This document shows, one piece after another, positions 24,400 through 38,505 of a stretch of DNA of 64,000 bases. The DNA lies in the NCBI GenBank assembly GCA_035084275.1, contig CM068742.1:93496001-93560000 (forward strand), written 5' to 3'. The notes under the pieces are model-generated. The model saw only the letters and a program-made list of their open reading frames with translations, was not told the DNA's origin and made no database searches. The position numbers were made by a program, and so were the translations under genes. The DNA comes from Hydrolagus colliei. Lineage: Eukaryota. How positions within the stretch are numbered: the first letter of the stretch is position 1; every line of letters starts with the position of its first letter.

Positions 24400-24990
24400 G
24401 GATGAGCGCAAATTTTCTTCAGCTAAATGTTGACAAGACGGAAGTCATACTCTGGCTCTCGTCAACGTCTTCAATCTCACAGCTCTCACCTCCTCCACCT
24501 ACCCAACCTGCCCCTAAAACTCTCCGAACCTGTATGCAACGTATGCAACCTAGGCGTCAGGCTCTGCACTCCCTGTCCCAGAGAGGATCGATTTTAAGAT
24601 CCTCATTCTTGTTTTCAAATCTCTCCACTCCTCTGCATCCCCCTACCTATCTGACCTCCTCTCCCCTCACAACAGCACCCGTTGCCTTTGCTCTCCTGGG
24701 TGTGGCTTCCTCCTTGTCCCCCAAATCTCCTGCTCTACCATCGGCAGCCATGCCTTCAGCCACTATGCCCCGAGGCTCTGGATTTCCCTTCCTCACTCCC
24801 TTCGCCTCGCCCCCTTTCTTCCTATTTTCAGGTCTCGGCTAAAGACCTTTCTTATCAACCACGCTTTCAGTCACCTTGTTTCCCCTCCCTCTGGCTCGGC
24901 CCCGAGATTCATTATTGGGAAACGCTCTGAGACGCCATCCAGCATAGAGGGTGCTATATAAATCTAAGCTGTTGTTGGTGGTGGTGGTGT
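24400..24990 (+). mobile_element. L2 LINE 3' fragment with internal deletion
   Basis: Same subfamily as 28690-29671 (MSANFLQLNVDKTEV), lacking the middle ~300 bp. Confidence 0.88.
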
Positions 24991-25333
24991 CCGACATGTG
25001 ACAGATCCCAATATCATGAATGTTTGGGAATTTTGTGTAATTATATACTGTACCACAATATGTGTAAAAACAGTGGTGTTCCAATAGCTTATGCTGTGGA
25101 CCTAGCGATTGCACCCACAGTCCTCAATATAGATGTTCTACTCCTCACCTTGAACATGAAATCATGTGACAAACCCAGGCATGTATACTAGTTGTCAGCT
25201 GAAAAGTTGCATGGAAGAGGCAAAAAAAACCTGCACACTCCACTGAGAAATGGCACAAAATGGGGCAGGAGAAATAAATGAGAACAACAGCAGCTTAAAA
25301 TACAGAGAGAAAAACAATCATTCACTTGATTGT

Positions 25334-25409
25334 TATATATATATATGCAATATATATATATATTGCATATATATATGCATATATATATATGCATATATAT
25401 ATGCATATA
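25334..25409. repeat. (TA)n/TGCA interrupted microsatellite
   Basis: TATATATATGCA-type units directly visible. Confidence 0.9.
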
Positions 25410-26520
25410 CTGTACAATGTCACATACTCGGAAGACACAATGAATACAAAAGAAAGCAGATCCCGATTTGTATTATTGCCTGGCATGTCAGACACTGTCT
25501 GAAAGTGCTAAATGTATGATAACGCTGGCCCTAATTTTGTGAGATGGAACGCCAAAGTGCTTCAGATTTTTGCTTTGGTTGTGAATTCTCCATTGAAGAC
25601 CTATGCTATGCATGCATTTTTCAGCAACATGACACGAGCATGCTAAATTACTCTTCTGCAGGAATAGCAAAATGAATGCAGCAGAAAATACATTGGATTA
25701 TTGGACCTACAGGGGGTCAGCTGGGTACAGAAAATATGGTACTGACAAATACGGAAACCCATCACCATGCTTAAGAGCAACCAAACCAAACTGAGAAGTC
25801 CATGCATCCGACCTATACATGGAAATTTAAGAGAGATTGTTGGAATGCCCATTCTCTCTCTGGAGGGACACATCCTGTTTATCAAATTACAGAAAGTATT
25901 AGACAAAGGTTGACAAGAGCCAAGGCTTGAGAACCTCAGAATGTATGTTAGGGTACTGCTGGACCCTAACCAGCTAAAACCACACCATTGATAGCACTGA
26001 CTGACATGCTTTCTTGCTACTTATCCATCTAAGACCATCCTCCCTTCAAGTTTAACAGGAACTGAGTGGGAGGATTCCCTGCCCCCCCACTCCCAGTAAC
26101 TGAGCTGCCCTTCAACATTTCTGCTGATGGATCAGACTGGCTGGAGTACTGCGGACCCGCCTGGCTCAGGAACCAGACTATTGAGACCGCCACAGAGGAC
26201 TGGCTTGATTCAGACATTTTGTTGGTAAACTCTCAGGAGGCCACACTTACGCCACTCCAACCCCCTCCCCCCAAACTTTCATTATAATACCAGTTGCATG
26301 CTAGATTTATTTGATCCAGTAATATCCACAAGCTTAAACAATATCTGGTACTTTTTAAGACAGGACATCTACATGTTTATATTTTTTTTATTGACCCAGC
26401 AAACAAATTGTAATTTGTAGGACCAAAGCGTCAGTAATCCTTCATACTGCTTCTGATTGATTTCCCATAAACAACAGCTATATCTAAGCTTACAGAGAAA
26501 GATAATAGCTCCAGATCCAA

Positions 26521-27430
26521 CTACAATAACAACATTACATTTGTATAGCGCCTTTCACATTGGGAGGACTTCCTACTGGACAGTCAGTGTTTCAGTCCCA
26601 AGTTGGAGTCAGGATCGGGGAGGGTGGAGGGAAAGGAGGGGATTTGGGGTGACCGATGGGACCGTCGAAGAGGAGGGTCTTGAGACAGAATTTCTAGGAG
26701 ACTAGGGAGGGGGAGAGGCAGAGGGATTGCAGGATGGAATTCCAGAGGTTGGGGCAAAGTGAATGAAGGTTTGCCCGCTGATGGTGGGGCAGGCAGGTCA
26801 GGGGACATGGAGCAGGATGGATGCCACTGGGCGGCGAAAGTTGGCAACAACAACAACAAAATTTTATGGAGCGCCTTCCACATCGGGAGGACGTCCGAAG
26901 GGCAGGTTGGTAAGGGGTTAGGAGGCCACAGAGATAGGGTGAGGCAAGGTCATGGAGGGCTTTGAAGTTGAGGATCAGTATCTTGAATTGAATCCTCTGG
27001 ATGATGGGGAGCCAATGGAGTCGAGCGAGATGTGGTTGCAGAGCTTGGTGCTGGAGAGGACATGGGCTGCAGAGTTCTGGATTATCTGCAGCCTATGGAG
27101 GGAGAAGTTGGGAAGGCCGACAAACAGGGCGTTTGCATAGTCCAGCCTGGACGTGATGAAGGTATAAATGAGAGTTTCAGCAGCCTGTGGGGTGAAGCAG
27201 TGGCAGAGTCGGGCAATGTTGCGGAGGTAAAGGAAGGCAGAGCGGGTCATGGCTTGGATGGGGGAGAGGAAAGACATTTGAGGGTCGAACAAGACATCTA
27301 GGTTCCTGGCTGGCTTGGTGAGGTGGAGAGTGCAACCATGGAAGTTCATGCTGCCAGTGCCTAAGGTGTGAAGGCACTGGCGCAAGCCAATCAGGTGGCT
27401 TGCGGCAATCAAACAATCCACTGATCAAAC
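26521..27430 (-). mobile_element. L2 LINE 3' fragment, with a second L2 tail inserted at ~26846-26898
   Basis: AAETLIYTFITSRLDYANALFVGLP..LQIIQNSAAHVL. Tails at 26521-26572 and 26846-26898. Confidence 0.9.
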
Positions 27431-28689
27431 AACAATCTTGTACATCTAAAAGATTCCTAGAGTTTCAGGTACAACAAAATTGAAATTTCGGTACAGAATA
27501 TGGCCATTCTATGTATTGGGAAACCTTCCATTCCATCAGTGAACAGATGTTATTTGATCCCATATCAAATGTCAAATTTTTGTTGGGTTTACAAAGATCT
27601 ATCCTGTTATACTCATGTGATGCACTGATATTATTTGCTCAGGACTGATGGCATCACACACCGCTCAAAGCTAAAATTAACAGCTCTGCAGCCAAAAGGA
27701 TAGAGTCGTTGAATGATAGTGTTGTTAAGCATCTCTGGGTCCAAATCTGCAACAAATCATATCAAACAACAACAATTTGAATTTGCGTAGCATCCTTCAT
27801 TTAGGAAAGATTCTCGGATCCAAATCAAGAATTAAAAACAGCCTGTTTAAAACTGAGACCCTGAGAGAAGGTAAATATTGGGAAAATGTGAGTTTTTCTG
27901 AAATATCCCCCTTAGAACAGGGTTCATAGCCTTTTTTGATATTCCTACATTTTAAAGCTGCTGGCAGTGGACTTGGCTCCTCCAGTAATTGTCTGACGTC
28001 TCAAATCATTTGGAAGGGCATAACACTGCAACGAGGACTTTCACTTCAAATGATGATCACCTTCAAAAGTATTACAATTGGAGCTGCGTACTGAGATCTT
28101 TTCATGACGAGCTGCCACATATCCAAGCCCCAATATGAAATTAATCGTTTGCTTAAATACAAAATCAGATTACCAATGGATCCAATTCAGATCATTTATA
28201 AATATCAATTCAAACCAGGACACTGCTGATCAGTGTTTATCACTGTGCAATAGCAGTTTATTTTTTATCAATTGTTTCTGCTTCATACCCCTTTGCCCCC
28301 CTCTCGCGCCCCCTCCCCACCACCCTGTATAATAAACTTATAGAGTCGAAATGGAGAGTTAAAAACCAGATGAAGAAAACGTAGGCTGTGGAATGGTAAG
28401 AACCTACGGTGGTTTTAGAGTGATTCAGTCATGCAAAAGGTCTAATAGTAATGAGGTAATAATATAATAATAAACCTTGCATTTGGTATAGTGCCTTATC
28501 ACGTAAAAGCGCTTCACAGAATATACGGTAAAGTGAATTGACTGTGTATTTTGTGGGTAAAATGTGGCAGTCAATTATGCATAGCAGTGTTCCACAAACG
28601 GTGGAGTGAGTGGCCCAATTATTATTTCTTTTGAATGGATTATTAACACCCAGAAAAGTGATCCACCAATCCTTAGTAATAAATCAGCA

Positions 28690-29671
28690 TCCCCTTTGGT
28701 CATGTCATCCGCAGACATGGGGTACACCCAACTCTATTTTTCTACCTCACTTTGCGATCCTCAGTCTCCTGATGTTCTGTCAGCCTGCCCGTCAGACATC
28801 AGGAGCTGAATGAGTGCGAATTTCCTGCAGCTGAATGTTGACAAGACGGAAGCCATACTCTTTAGCTCTCGTCAACGTCTTCAATCACACGGCTCTCACC
28901 TCCTCCACCTACCCGGCCTGCCCCTAAAACTCTCCGAACCCATACGCAACCTAGGCATTGGGTTTGACCCCCAACTGTCCTTCCTCCCCTACATCCAGTC
29001 CCTCACCAGCACCACTTTTTTTCACCTCCGACGTATTGCCCGTCTCTGGCAATATCTTGCCCCAAAAGCTGCTGAAACTCTGGTCCATGCGTTTGTCACC
29101 TCTCAGCTGAACTACTCAAATGCCCTCCTCGCCGATCTCCCCTCCACCACAATTTGTAAAATCGAGCTCATTCAGAACGCTGCCACCAGCATTCTTACCC
29201 GCACCAAACTTTGCTCCTCTATTACCCCAGTCCTCTGTTGTCAGACTTCACAATTCCCTGTAGCGGAGAGGATTGACTTCAAGATCCTCACTCTTGTTTT
29301 CAAATCTCTCCACTCCTCTGCACCCCCTGCCTCTCTGACCACCTCTCTCCTCAAAACAGCACCCTTTGCCTTCCCTCCTCCGGTTCTGGTCTCCTCCTTG
29401 TCCCCCGAATCCTCTACTCCACCATCGGTGGCCATGCCTTCAGCCACTACACCCCGAAGCTCTTGAACTCCCTTCCTCACTCCCTTCAGCTCATCCCCAC
29501 TCTTCCTAGTTTCAGGTCTCAGCTAAAAAAAACTTTTGTTTCGACCGCGCCTTTGGTCACCTTTTTCCTCTTGCCCCTGGCTCGGCCCCGGGATCCATTA
29601 TTGTGAAGCACTCTGAGACGCCGCCCGGCGTGGATGGTGCTGTATAAATCGAAGTTGTTGTTGTTGTTGTT
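28690..29671 (+). mobile_element. L2 LINE 3' ~1 kb (best-preserved copy)
   Basis: ORF 28810-29466: MSANFLQLNVDKTEAILF...AETLVHAFVTSQLNYSNALL...ERIDFKILTLVFKSLH (L2 ORF2 C-terminus). (GTT)n tail. Confidence 0.94.
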
Positions 29672-32070
29672 ATAAGCCAATCAGAACATTTGCAGTAAAA
29701 ATATATATAAATGAAACAGCAAAAATGAACAGAGTGGTGTCAACTCTAAAATGTAGGACAATAGTGAGTTCCAATTCACCAAATATTTATTCATATTTAT
29801 TCATATACTGTAACACAAACTTGGGGATCTTGACAATATAATTTCTGTATTCTGGAATGATTGAAAATGTATCTATTATAAAAAAGAGACTTGGCTCCAA
29901 GTTATTTACTAAAGTGAATTGTCCCATTTTCAAGTTTGTACAATTTTTCTTTAGATGACACATAATACTATTGTATTTGTAAATACAGTACTGTAGATTG
30001 CTGTGTGTATGAAATAATGCAATGTATCTTTGAAAGGAGCATGCCCCATTAGGCTGCAGTTACTAGTGGTTATAGAACTTATTTAATCAAAGAACTCCCG
30101 CCTCAAAGTTGTTTGTTAAGTCAAGCTGTTAGTGGGAGAGGGAGGAACATTGAATCCAAAAGTCAATGGAGAATAGTCAGAGGAGTAGGACTAAACAGAC
30201 AGCTATTATACAGAGCCAGCATATGCATAATGGACTCAATGGCCTTCTCCGTGAAAGGTAGAAAACCCAGTGTATCAGCCTGGCTCAATTGGTAGCACTC
30301 TCACCTCTGAGGCAGATGGTTAAGGGTTTAAGCCTTAAGGGTTTAACTTTGAATTCACATAGTCAAGGCAATACTGGGAATGTTTTGTGATGTTGGAGGT
30401 GCTGTCTTTTGGATGAGATGTTAAACTAATGTTTTAAACACCAGGATCCAACAGGCATCCTACTTACCTAATTTGGGAGAATATTAGGTGCAGGTTGGCA
30501 AAAGCCAAGTCTTGGGAATCCTGAATTCTATTAGCATACTGCTAGAGTTTAACAAGCAGAAACATGCAATAAATTTCTTAACCAGATTTGATGCATCAGC
30601 TGTACACAAACAGCGTATGTTTCAGTCCTAGATTAGTTGTCAGGTGTTCCAGCAGCAAGTGAAAATCAAAGAACCACATTGCTGACTTATCTGATGCCAT
30701 GTATCATTGTAAGCCCAACACTCCTGTACACACCAGTGCATAAAAATACATATCTACCGGAAATGGGAAAGCTTCCATTCTATCGATGAACAGATGGTGT
30801 TTGATCCCAGTAATATCAGCATCAATGCATTTGTTAATTATCCCAGCAGTATCCAAGATTTGTTTGCCTTAATTCTGGACTTCCAATGAGGCTTAGAGAA
30901 AGGAACTTAACTGGTAGATTGTCACTAGAGACTTGTCAACAGATGTCAGTGTTGGCATTCTTGCTACGTATTATATGGATCTCACCTCTCTCCTGCAGAT
31001 GGAACAGGTTGTGCTTTGAATCTAAAATTGAATATACACCCAAAAAGCATAAGACGCAATCCCACAAGGGCAATTGTTATGCAGCCAGATGTGGCATTTT
31101 GTAAATGAGATTGAGATGTTTGGGTTTCACAAAAAGAACACATCAAAATAAAGCCCAAGAATGGTCCCTGTATTCAGCAATATGACTTGTTGCATCTGCC
31201 ATTCTGCAACCTGGCAACCCTGTGTGGAGCTGCTGTCAACCTATCAGAGACGAACAATAACAGATGGATGGTTGAAGCAGATAACCAGGAAGGAAGGTAG
31301 GAACAAGGCTATCAATATCAGTCATAATCGTATTTTGTCAGACAGATTTAGCACAACTGCCATATGCTTTTCAAGGTGTGTTGCAGCTGATACGGTTGGC
31401 ATCCATGCACAGGCTCATTCTTCTGTAAATCCCAGAAGATGACCATTATCTGTGGCAGGGGATATCTAGAATAATCTGAGACTGGTCACATAAGAAAAGG
31501 AGCAGGAAAGGATACATGAAGAAAAAACGTCAAGGAAAGGTGAAAAATACAGAATATGATGCAGTAATTATCACAACTGGTTTGCATCCATTATTCATAA
31601 GGAATTACTTAAACTCTATAGGCATAATTGTTCCATTTCCATTATTACATTAAATCTGTTATGAAACATCAATTTTTCACCCATTCCATACACTGGTGTA
31701 GAACAATCTTAACTTTGCTGAAACTGATTTCCCAAAAGTATGACCACCACATTTTTCCAGTGGTTGAGAGCTGCTTCTCCAGACACCAATTGAGTTAAAT
31801 CACTAACGATTAATTTAACTAACATTACAAACTATGAATCAGAAATGGAGTGGAGAAATCTTTGAGCTGAACTGCTGAATTTCTGAATAAGTTTAAAACT
31901 TTAAGACAATAGTTTTAAAGCTAATGACGAGAACTCTAAAAATTCTTTGCATTTTTAATAATTTTTCATTTTATTTTTCTGGAATCTTGTGCAATTTCAT
32001 TTTATCCATTAAAATGTTGTTTTATTTCTTTCTATTACATTTATAAAATAGCTAAATTAAAAACATAGTA

Positions 32071-32175
32071 CAAGATGACCAAAAGGTTGTGATAACTATT
32101 CTATTATCTTAAAAAAATCATTTTGTTAAGACTTATTAAATATTGTAACTGTTTCACAACTTTTTGGTCACTCTA
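32071..32175. mobile_element. ~105-bp degraded Tc1/mariner-like MITE
   Basis: TGACCAAAAGGTTGTGA (32076-32092) is inverted at 32154-32170 with 16/17 match. AT-rich interior. Confidence 0.5.
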
Positions 32176-35165
32176 CATAAATCCCACTTTATCCACAGTA
32201 CATCACTTTATTAAGCATTATTGCTTGGTATTTCATGGAATTTTATGACTGGGGATATAAAACAGTGGGTAGGTCTGGGTAGAGGGTAAGGCTTGTCCAG
32301 GTCCATATCTGCCACTCCCGCTATCTATTCTCTGTGTCGATGCCTTTCTATCTCCAACCACCAGCATCAACCACTGCTGCTTAGTGCCCCACTGACACTG
32401 CCAGAAGCCATTTGCATCACCCACCCACCCACCCCCATACAACCATATAGCTGCTCACCATTGGCTTACTGACCTCCAATCTATAAGCCACAGTCCATTG
32501 TAATACAGCCTTTCGTTGGTCAAGCACCGGCGATCCCTCACAAAGTCACCTCGATTGGTCCTTTCCACATACCTTGACCATGAGAAACACCAGGCCTCTG
32601 GTGTGGATGTAAAACAATTTCTTTTCTGAGGTTGGTACACCGTAGAGTGAGCTTTAACCTGTAGCCAATGCCCATTAATCATTTAAAATAAAACCCATTT
32701 ATTACGGATCAATCTACTTATTATCTGAAATACGGACATTCAATTTCCATTACAGATAAGCATTGCCATTGTTCTTGACAGTACAGGGGCATTGCTTGTA
32801 TTGGATAAGCAATACATTGTCTTTTATTTTCCTTCATTCTTATTTATGTTAGTTGCCTCCGACAGTATTTAATGATTCCCAGTGCTGCAAGAACATGTTC
32901 TTTTGAATTAGAAACCTTTGGTTCAGTTAAAAAACAGTAATTTGTTCTGAAATTGAAACTGTCACACTTCACAACTTAACTGCCTTACTGGACCTAAGAC
33001 TATTGACCAATTGTTCCTTGCACAATACATTAAGAGGTTGTCTCTCAAGGAAAGAGGAGCGATGTATCCTTTGGAGTGCAACTGCACAATTCCACTAGTG
33101 GGAAGATGGATGTTAAGGTTTATGATTTAACACACAGCAAATTAATATGGGGTAAGAACCTACAAACATGGTGATTTGCTATTTTCTACTTTTCCAAAAC
33201 TCTCCTATGAATCTTTTGCATGTGAACTTTCACAAGTATAGGTTAACCATTCCTTACTTCCACTGCTTCCCGATCTATTCTTTGTCAGTATTGAGGTATT
33301 CAACTGCCTTATCTTTTGTTAGGCAGGGTTTCTGCTACAATACTGTAGGATTGTACCATATTATATTTTGTGGGAAAAGCAACTTGGCAGAGCCTTTGTA
33401 AAGACAACATGTTTTTACTTTGCAATACTATTTATTTTACTAAGTGAAGCTTTCTTTATCTGTTCCTACAAATAAAAAACACAAAAGTGAACAGGCAACA
33501 GGATTTCTCTAGCTTTATTCGGAGAACAGTGAATATTCAATGCAAAGAATACTCTGTTGTTCCAAACAGATTTCAAATTCAACATTGCAATATTTAATAT
33601 TTGAAACATGTTCTCTGAGTTTAACTTTAACTCAAATCATTCTCATGGCTAATATAGAAGAGAAACCATGCCTGCCGTTTGAAAATTGCTACGCTAGTTA
33701 TTAAAATACTGGAAAGCAAATTGTCTCCAGGAGGTAATTTACTCTTTTTAAAAAAAACACAACTTCCACACATAATTCAGTTTCACCATCGGTCATGTGG
33801 GAGATATGAGCGAGGAGGGGGAGGCAAAACATATTTAGGGGAACTGTTCCTTTAAGACATTCCTGTCTTGTATAGCTATGCTGATCAGATGATATTCCCA
33901 CTCTGTTGTGTATAAGACATCTTCTGAATCACATTCTTTGTTCTTCGACCAGAGGAAGTGGCAGAGACCCTCTAACGACTGTGAGAACAACACAACACAC
34001 AAACTTTTTTACAACAGAGAGGACATTCAGGACTAAGCTGGGCAGGAGGTTTGTAAGTAGGAATTGAACAAATTTCAAAGCATGAGTCCATACTTAAAAT
34101 GGGTAATAAAACATTCTGCCTCACCTCTACTCTACATACAATTAACATTCCACCAACACAGTACAAAAATTGGCAATGAGGTTTAATTGGGGGTGATTCA
34201 TAAGAGTCAGTGATATTGTGAGGCACAAATAAGGAATCTTGCCAGTAACCAGAAGTGTGTCACAATGACCCAGAGAAACTCCGCTAGAATGCGTCTGGAC
34301 TCAACGTTCCCGTGCATCAGTGGGAAGCAATTTAGTTTAAAGGCAGGAATTGTGTTTGTGATTTGGTACTCCAAGACGTTACCCTAGGTGAATGTACATC
34401 CAAGTTGTTGTTATAATGAACTCAGTTATAAACCATCACAAATTAGGCCATAATTAGTTCAAAGCCCCTAACCATTAAGAGCAGCTTGGAACACCTGTGT
34501 GCTGCTGCAATCTGCAGCCAGATCAAGCCATGAAAGAATTAAGATTTTTCTAACCAGTAGAATACCATTTACAAAGTTGAGAACCTGTGCAGCCATCAGC
34601 TGGTACAACACAAATACTATATAACAAGCTAAGCTACAGTGATGTTAAAACAATAACATAGATACATATATATATTTACAGTACTATGGTGTTTTGATGG
34701 GTTTACGTAAAGTTTTCCTTCTACAGTATCTAAAACTATTGATAACAAGATAACTGATACAGTGTATCAAATTCACAGTTGATTATTTCCACGAAGCTGG
34801 TGTTGAAGATTCGGCAGAAGTTTAAGATTGAATAAGCCCCAACTTCCACATGACCTTACCTTAAAGACCTTTATCTTAAAAATTTTAATTGTGCAGCATT
34901 CATTCTTAATTAAAAATGCACAGTCACTTTGTAGTAAATCATGTGAAGTGCTTTGAGAAATCTGTCTGACATCCTTGCTATGTTCCCAATAGCACAAATG
35001 ACTCTTATTATGTTCTCAATAGCACTCTGTCTTCAGCTAATTTTTCCTTGTGGGTGAGAGAAATTCCACATATAAGTTGATAAAATGATGATAAATAAAA
35101 TGCTGTTTCAACACTATAAGATTATGAATAATTGCTATGATTTCAGAGTCTTTTGCTATGCTATG

Positions 35166-35470
35166 TGGAGTCCTGTAGCTCAGTGGTTAGAGCACTCGCC
35201 TTGCAAGCGAGACACCTGGGTTCGATTCCAGGCAGAACGAAACCTTGGGCAAATTCCCTTACTCCATACATCTGATAATAATCCCTCAACAAAAAAAAAC
35301 TAAATTGATCATTTCAATCTATGACTGTTTGTGGGGCATGGCTGTGCACAATTGGCTACTGCATTTTGCCCCCAAAATACAGTCAATTCACTTTACAGTA
35401 TGTTCTGTGAAGCACTTTGAGACATCTAGAAGACATGGAAAGTGTATCAAATGTAAAGATTATTATTATT
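35166..35470 (+). mobile_element. Full-length tRNA-derived SINE with L2-type tail (short variant)
   Basis: A box TAGCTCAGTGG, TTGCAA anticodon-like loop (tRNA-Ala-like), B box GTTCGATTCC, body shared with many copies, (ATT)n tail. Confidence 0.92.
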
Positions 35471-38349
35471 TTCCCCTTTATCAGTAGTAATCCCATCTTT
35501 TATCCAATTACGATACTGGCTTCGCAGCTGTATCTTTTCACCTGGAGGTAATGCTACACATCAAATAGCATCAACTACTGTACTCTCACCATAAGAACTT
35601 TCAGTGTTTCAATATTATTGGTTGCAAATTCCACCCTATATTTCCTCTATTCAATTTCACATTTCAAAGCATACAGAATTTGGCAATTTTTTGAATTCAG
35701 TCTTAACTTTGAAGCCAAATCAAAATTAAGGCTATAATTAAGAATTTGCCCAGAACACAAGAGAACACACTGAATAGAGGAGCCAAGTTGGGATGCCTGT
35801 CACAGGAATACAGACTGAGTGCCTGTGGCCCCATAAACCAGTCGGTTCAGCACAATAGATGGCAAGGCATCAAGACTGCTGTGCAATAAAAGTTTATAAT
35901 CTAAATTTAATTTGAAGGCATGTGCACTCCAGCTTTACAAAGTTAATTAAATTCAATATTGTGGGATATTGGCTGCTGTTCCCGAAATGTGTCGAATCAA
36001 CTAATAGAAACTGTTCTCTTGTGTTCTTCAGTTACAGAGATTCAGATAAAAATAACTTCAGCTCCAACAATCCAGGTACATGACTGAGCTTTATTCATAC
36101 TAGTATGTTTGATGAAATAATAATCATCCTTGCATTTGATATAGCGTTTTCCACATCTTCTAGACGTCTCAAAGCGCTTCACAGAACATACTCTACAGTG
36201 AATTGATTGTGTATATTTTTGGGTGAAACGCAGCAGCCGATGGGCCCACAAACAGTCATGGATTGAAGTGACCAATGCAGCAAAATCCCCACCCCAGAGG
36301 TTTGTGTGCGTGACTTACTTGCTCCTGTGTCCCAATTCAAAAGGGAAAGGAATGGTATGATTTATATTTAGAAACTATTTTGATCCTAAGGTTAAATGGT
36401 GCGCAGATTGTATTGAGCTCACATGAGTTTAATCACTTAATTGTCACATAACGGACACAGCTTTAGAAATGCTGAACCTTATCCACGCCCAGTGCTAAAT
36501 AAAGTATGTACAGCTTTCCATTCACCACACTGTTGTCAACAATTTTGAATTACAATCTGCAATATCGATCAGTTTATTCAATTTAAGTTTGTCTAAAAAC
36601 TGCAGAGTCACCTCAAGGGCAAAGCAGATTATACAAGCAAGTCTGTAGACAAAATCAAATGGAATTGAATGATACATAATACAGGATACCAGTGGGTTAT
36701 TCTCCAATGTTTACCAACTTTTGGCAATATGCAGTTTTAATGGGAAATTCTATGATAAGACCACACTGTCAGAAGTCACTAAAATTACTGGCCAGTTAAA
36801 ATTAACTAGCCTCCCTCCTGGTATCAAAATGCATTGTAAGATGGTATCAAATTCAGGAAATTTGCATTCTGTTCAAGAATTTAAAAAACATGTTAAATAT
36901 TTCCTGGACTCTTCTTTAGAAGGTACATAGATATAATAACAATAATCCTTGCATTTGATAAGCACTTTTCAAGTCTTCTAGGAAGTTCAAAACACTTCAC
37001 AGAATATACGGTAAAGTGAATTGACTGTATATTGTGTGGGGGAACAGATACAGGGACAATTGCCTCCAGAATAGGTGCTTTTTTTTTTCCTTTGTACGTT
37101 TTCATTCATTTGATGCTCTCAGCTCTTACAGCTAATCACACTAACACACAGCTAACTTGATTCATTGTTCCAAAAATAATTACAATCTGTATGTCAGGAT
37201 TCAGCTCTCGGAAATGAGAAAATTAAGTTGGAAAATCTTAAATGAATTATTAGCCAGTACAATGACCACCTAATTAAAAATAAAATATTGCACGCTGTCA
37301 GCAGTTTGGCTGTTTAAGCCACTATTTTAACACTGTTTTTTCTTCATTCTTTTCCATATCTTCCTATTCTATGTACCATCCTTCACCGGAAAATCAACTA
37401 GTCCATAGCCAATGCTGCTCTAACCATGTGTGTAGTATATGAATAGTGGTAGGGTGATGGAGAGCAGAGGAACATGTACTAGTGCTGTCACTAGCACTCC
37501 TCATGTATGATATGACCAGTATTGTAATGAGCCAGATGCTGTTAATCAATATGCAGGATCCCTTACTAGAACATATATCTATGCAGATGTGGGGGAACAT
37601 CAAAACTGATCTTGACTTCAAATACATTCTGGAAGGATGAGATCAAATGAGGTAAAGCGCCTCCTTCAACTCTTCTTCTGAATTTCTCTTGTGATTCTTT
37701 CCACTTTTTCCCCTCCTTGCAGGGAAGCAATATATACAGTAATCCCCTTTCTTAGCAGACTCCAAATATCTGGAATTCAAACCTAGTCTGACCAAACCCA
37801 AAACTAAAAACAATTCTGGGCCATGCGCATGCAGACTCCCTGTGGCTCATTGACCTAGTGTGTGCCAACATTACTCTGAGTGGCCTAGTTGTCTTTGCTG
37901 GCCTTCATGGCAGCCAAGATTATCGACTTTACCTCAGATTGTCTGAATCCTTATTCACTGTCTTCCACTCACAGTATTCAAGCAATTACAATGTCAGCAG
38001 AGCATTTACCATTTTAGGAGGGGGGAGAATGACATTAAATAGCAGTATCAGCATTGTAATTACAATTAGCCAGAAATTCAGGCTTGCTATATCGGAACTC
38101 CCCCCACCCATTAATCTGTCCGTCCAGGGTTTAAGTGAGTTAATCACTGGTCAGACAGCCTCACCAACACAAAACATTCTTGCAAGGAATTGTAAGGTGT
38201 GAGCCAGCGGCCAACACATTGACACACAAAACATTAGTACAGCAACACACTATGCAATCCTATTTGATCCAGCATTCATTAGAGTTACAATGACAAATCA
38301 TTCCTAGACTGTTACCCAGCATCACAGCTCATTCACAATAGAGCAAATC

Positions 38350-38505
38350 TAATTTAATACATTTTTGGTAGATCAGGGTATGAATTGATATGGGGAAAAA
38401 GCGAGAAATTGGAATTGAAAGGATTAGTTGAGGGTGCAGGTCAGCCGTGATCTAATTAAATGGTGGAACAGGCTAGAAGGGCTGAATGGCCCACTCCTAT
38501 GTTCC
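38350..38505 (+). mobile_element. CR1 3'UTR fragment
   Basis: GGTCAGCCGTGATCTAATTAAATGGTGGAACAGGCTAGAAGGGCTGAATGGCC matches the other CR1 3' ends in the window. Confidence 0.75.

Noticed and set aside
28810-29466. 218-aa ORF as a host gene or active reverse transcriptase
   Set aside because: It is the C-terminal part of L2 ORF2 only, 5'-truncated, frameshifted near its end and lacking an intact RT core.
35166-35245. tRNA-Ala-like sequence (also at 16060-16135, 23815-23885, 39172-39245, 54110-54177)
   Set aside because: Runs straight into a SINE body and tail, and the acceptor stems and anticodons are degenerate between copies. These are SINE heads, not tRNA genes.
37737-38150. Possible Tigger-like MITE (TACAGTAATCCCC ... 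TCACTG)
   Set aside because: The two termini match too poorly and there is no right-hand TA, so it cannot be supported.
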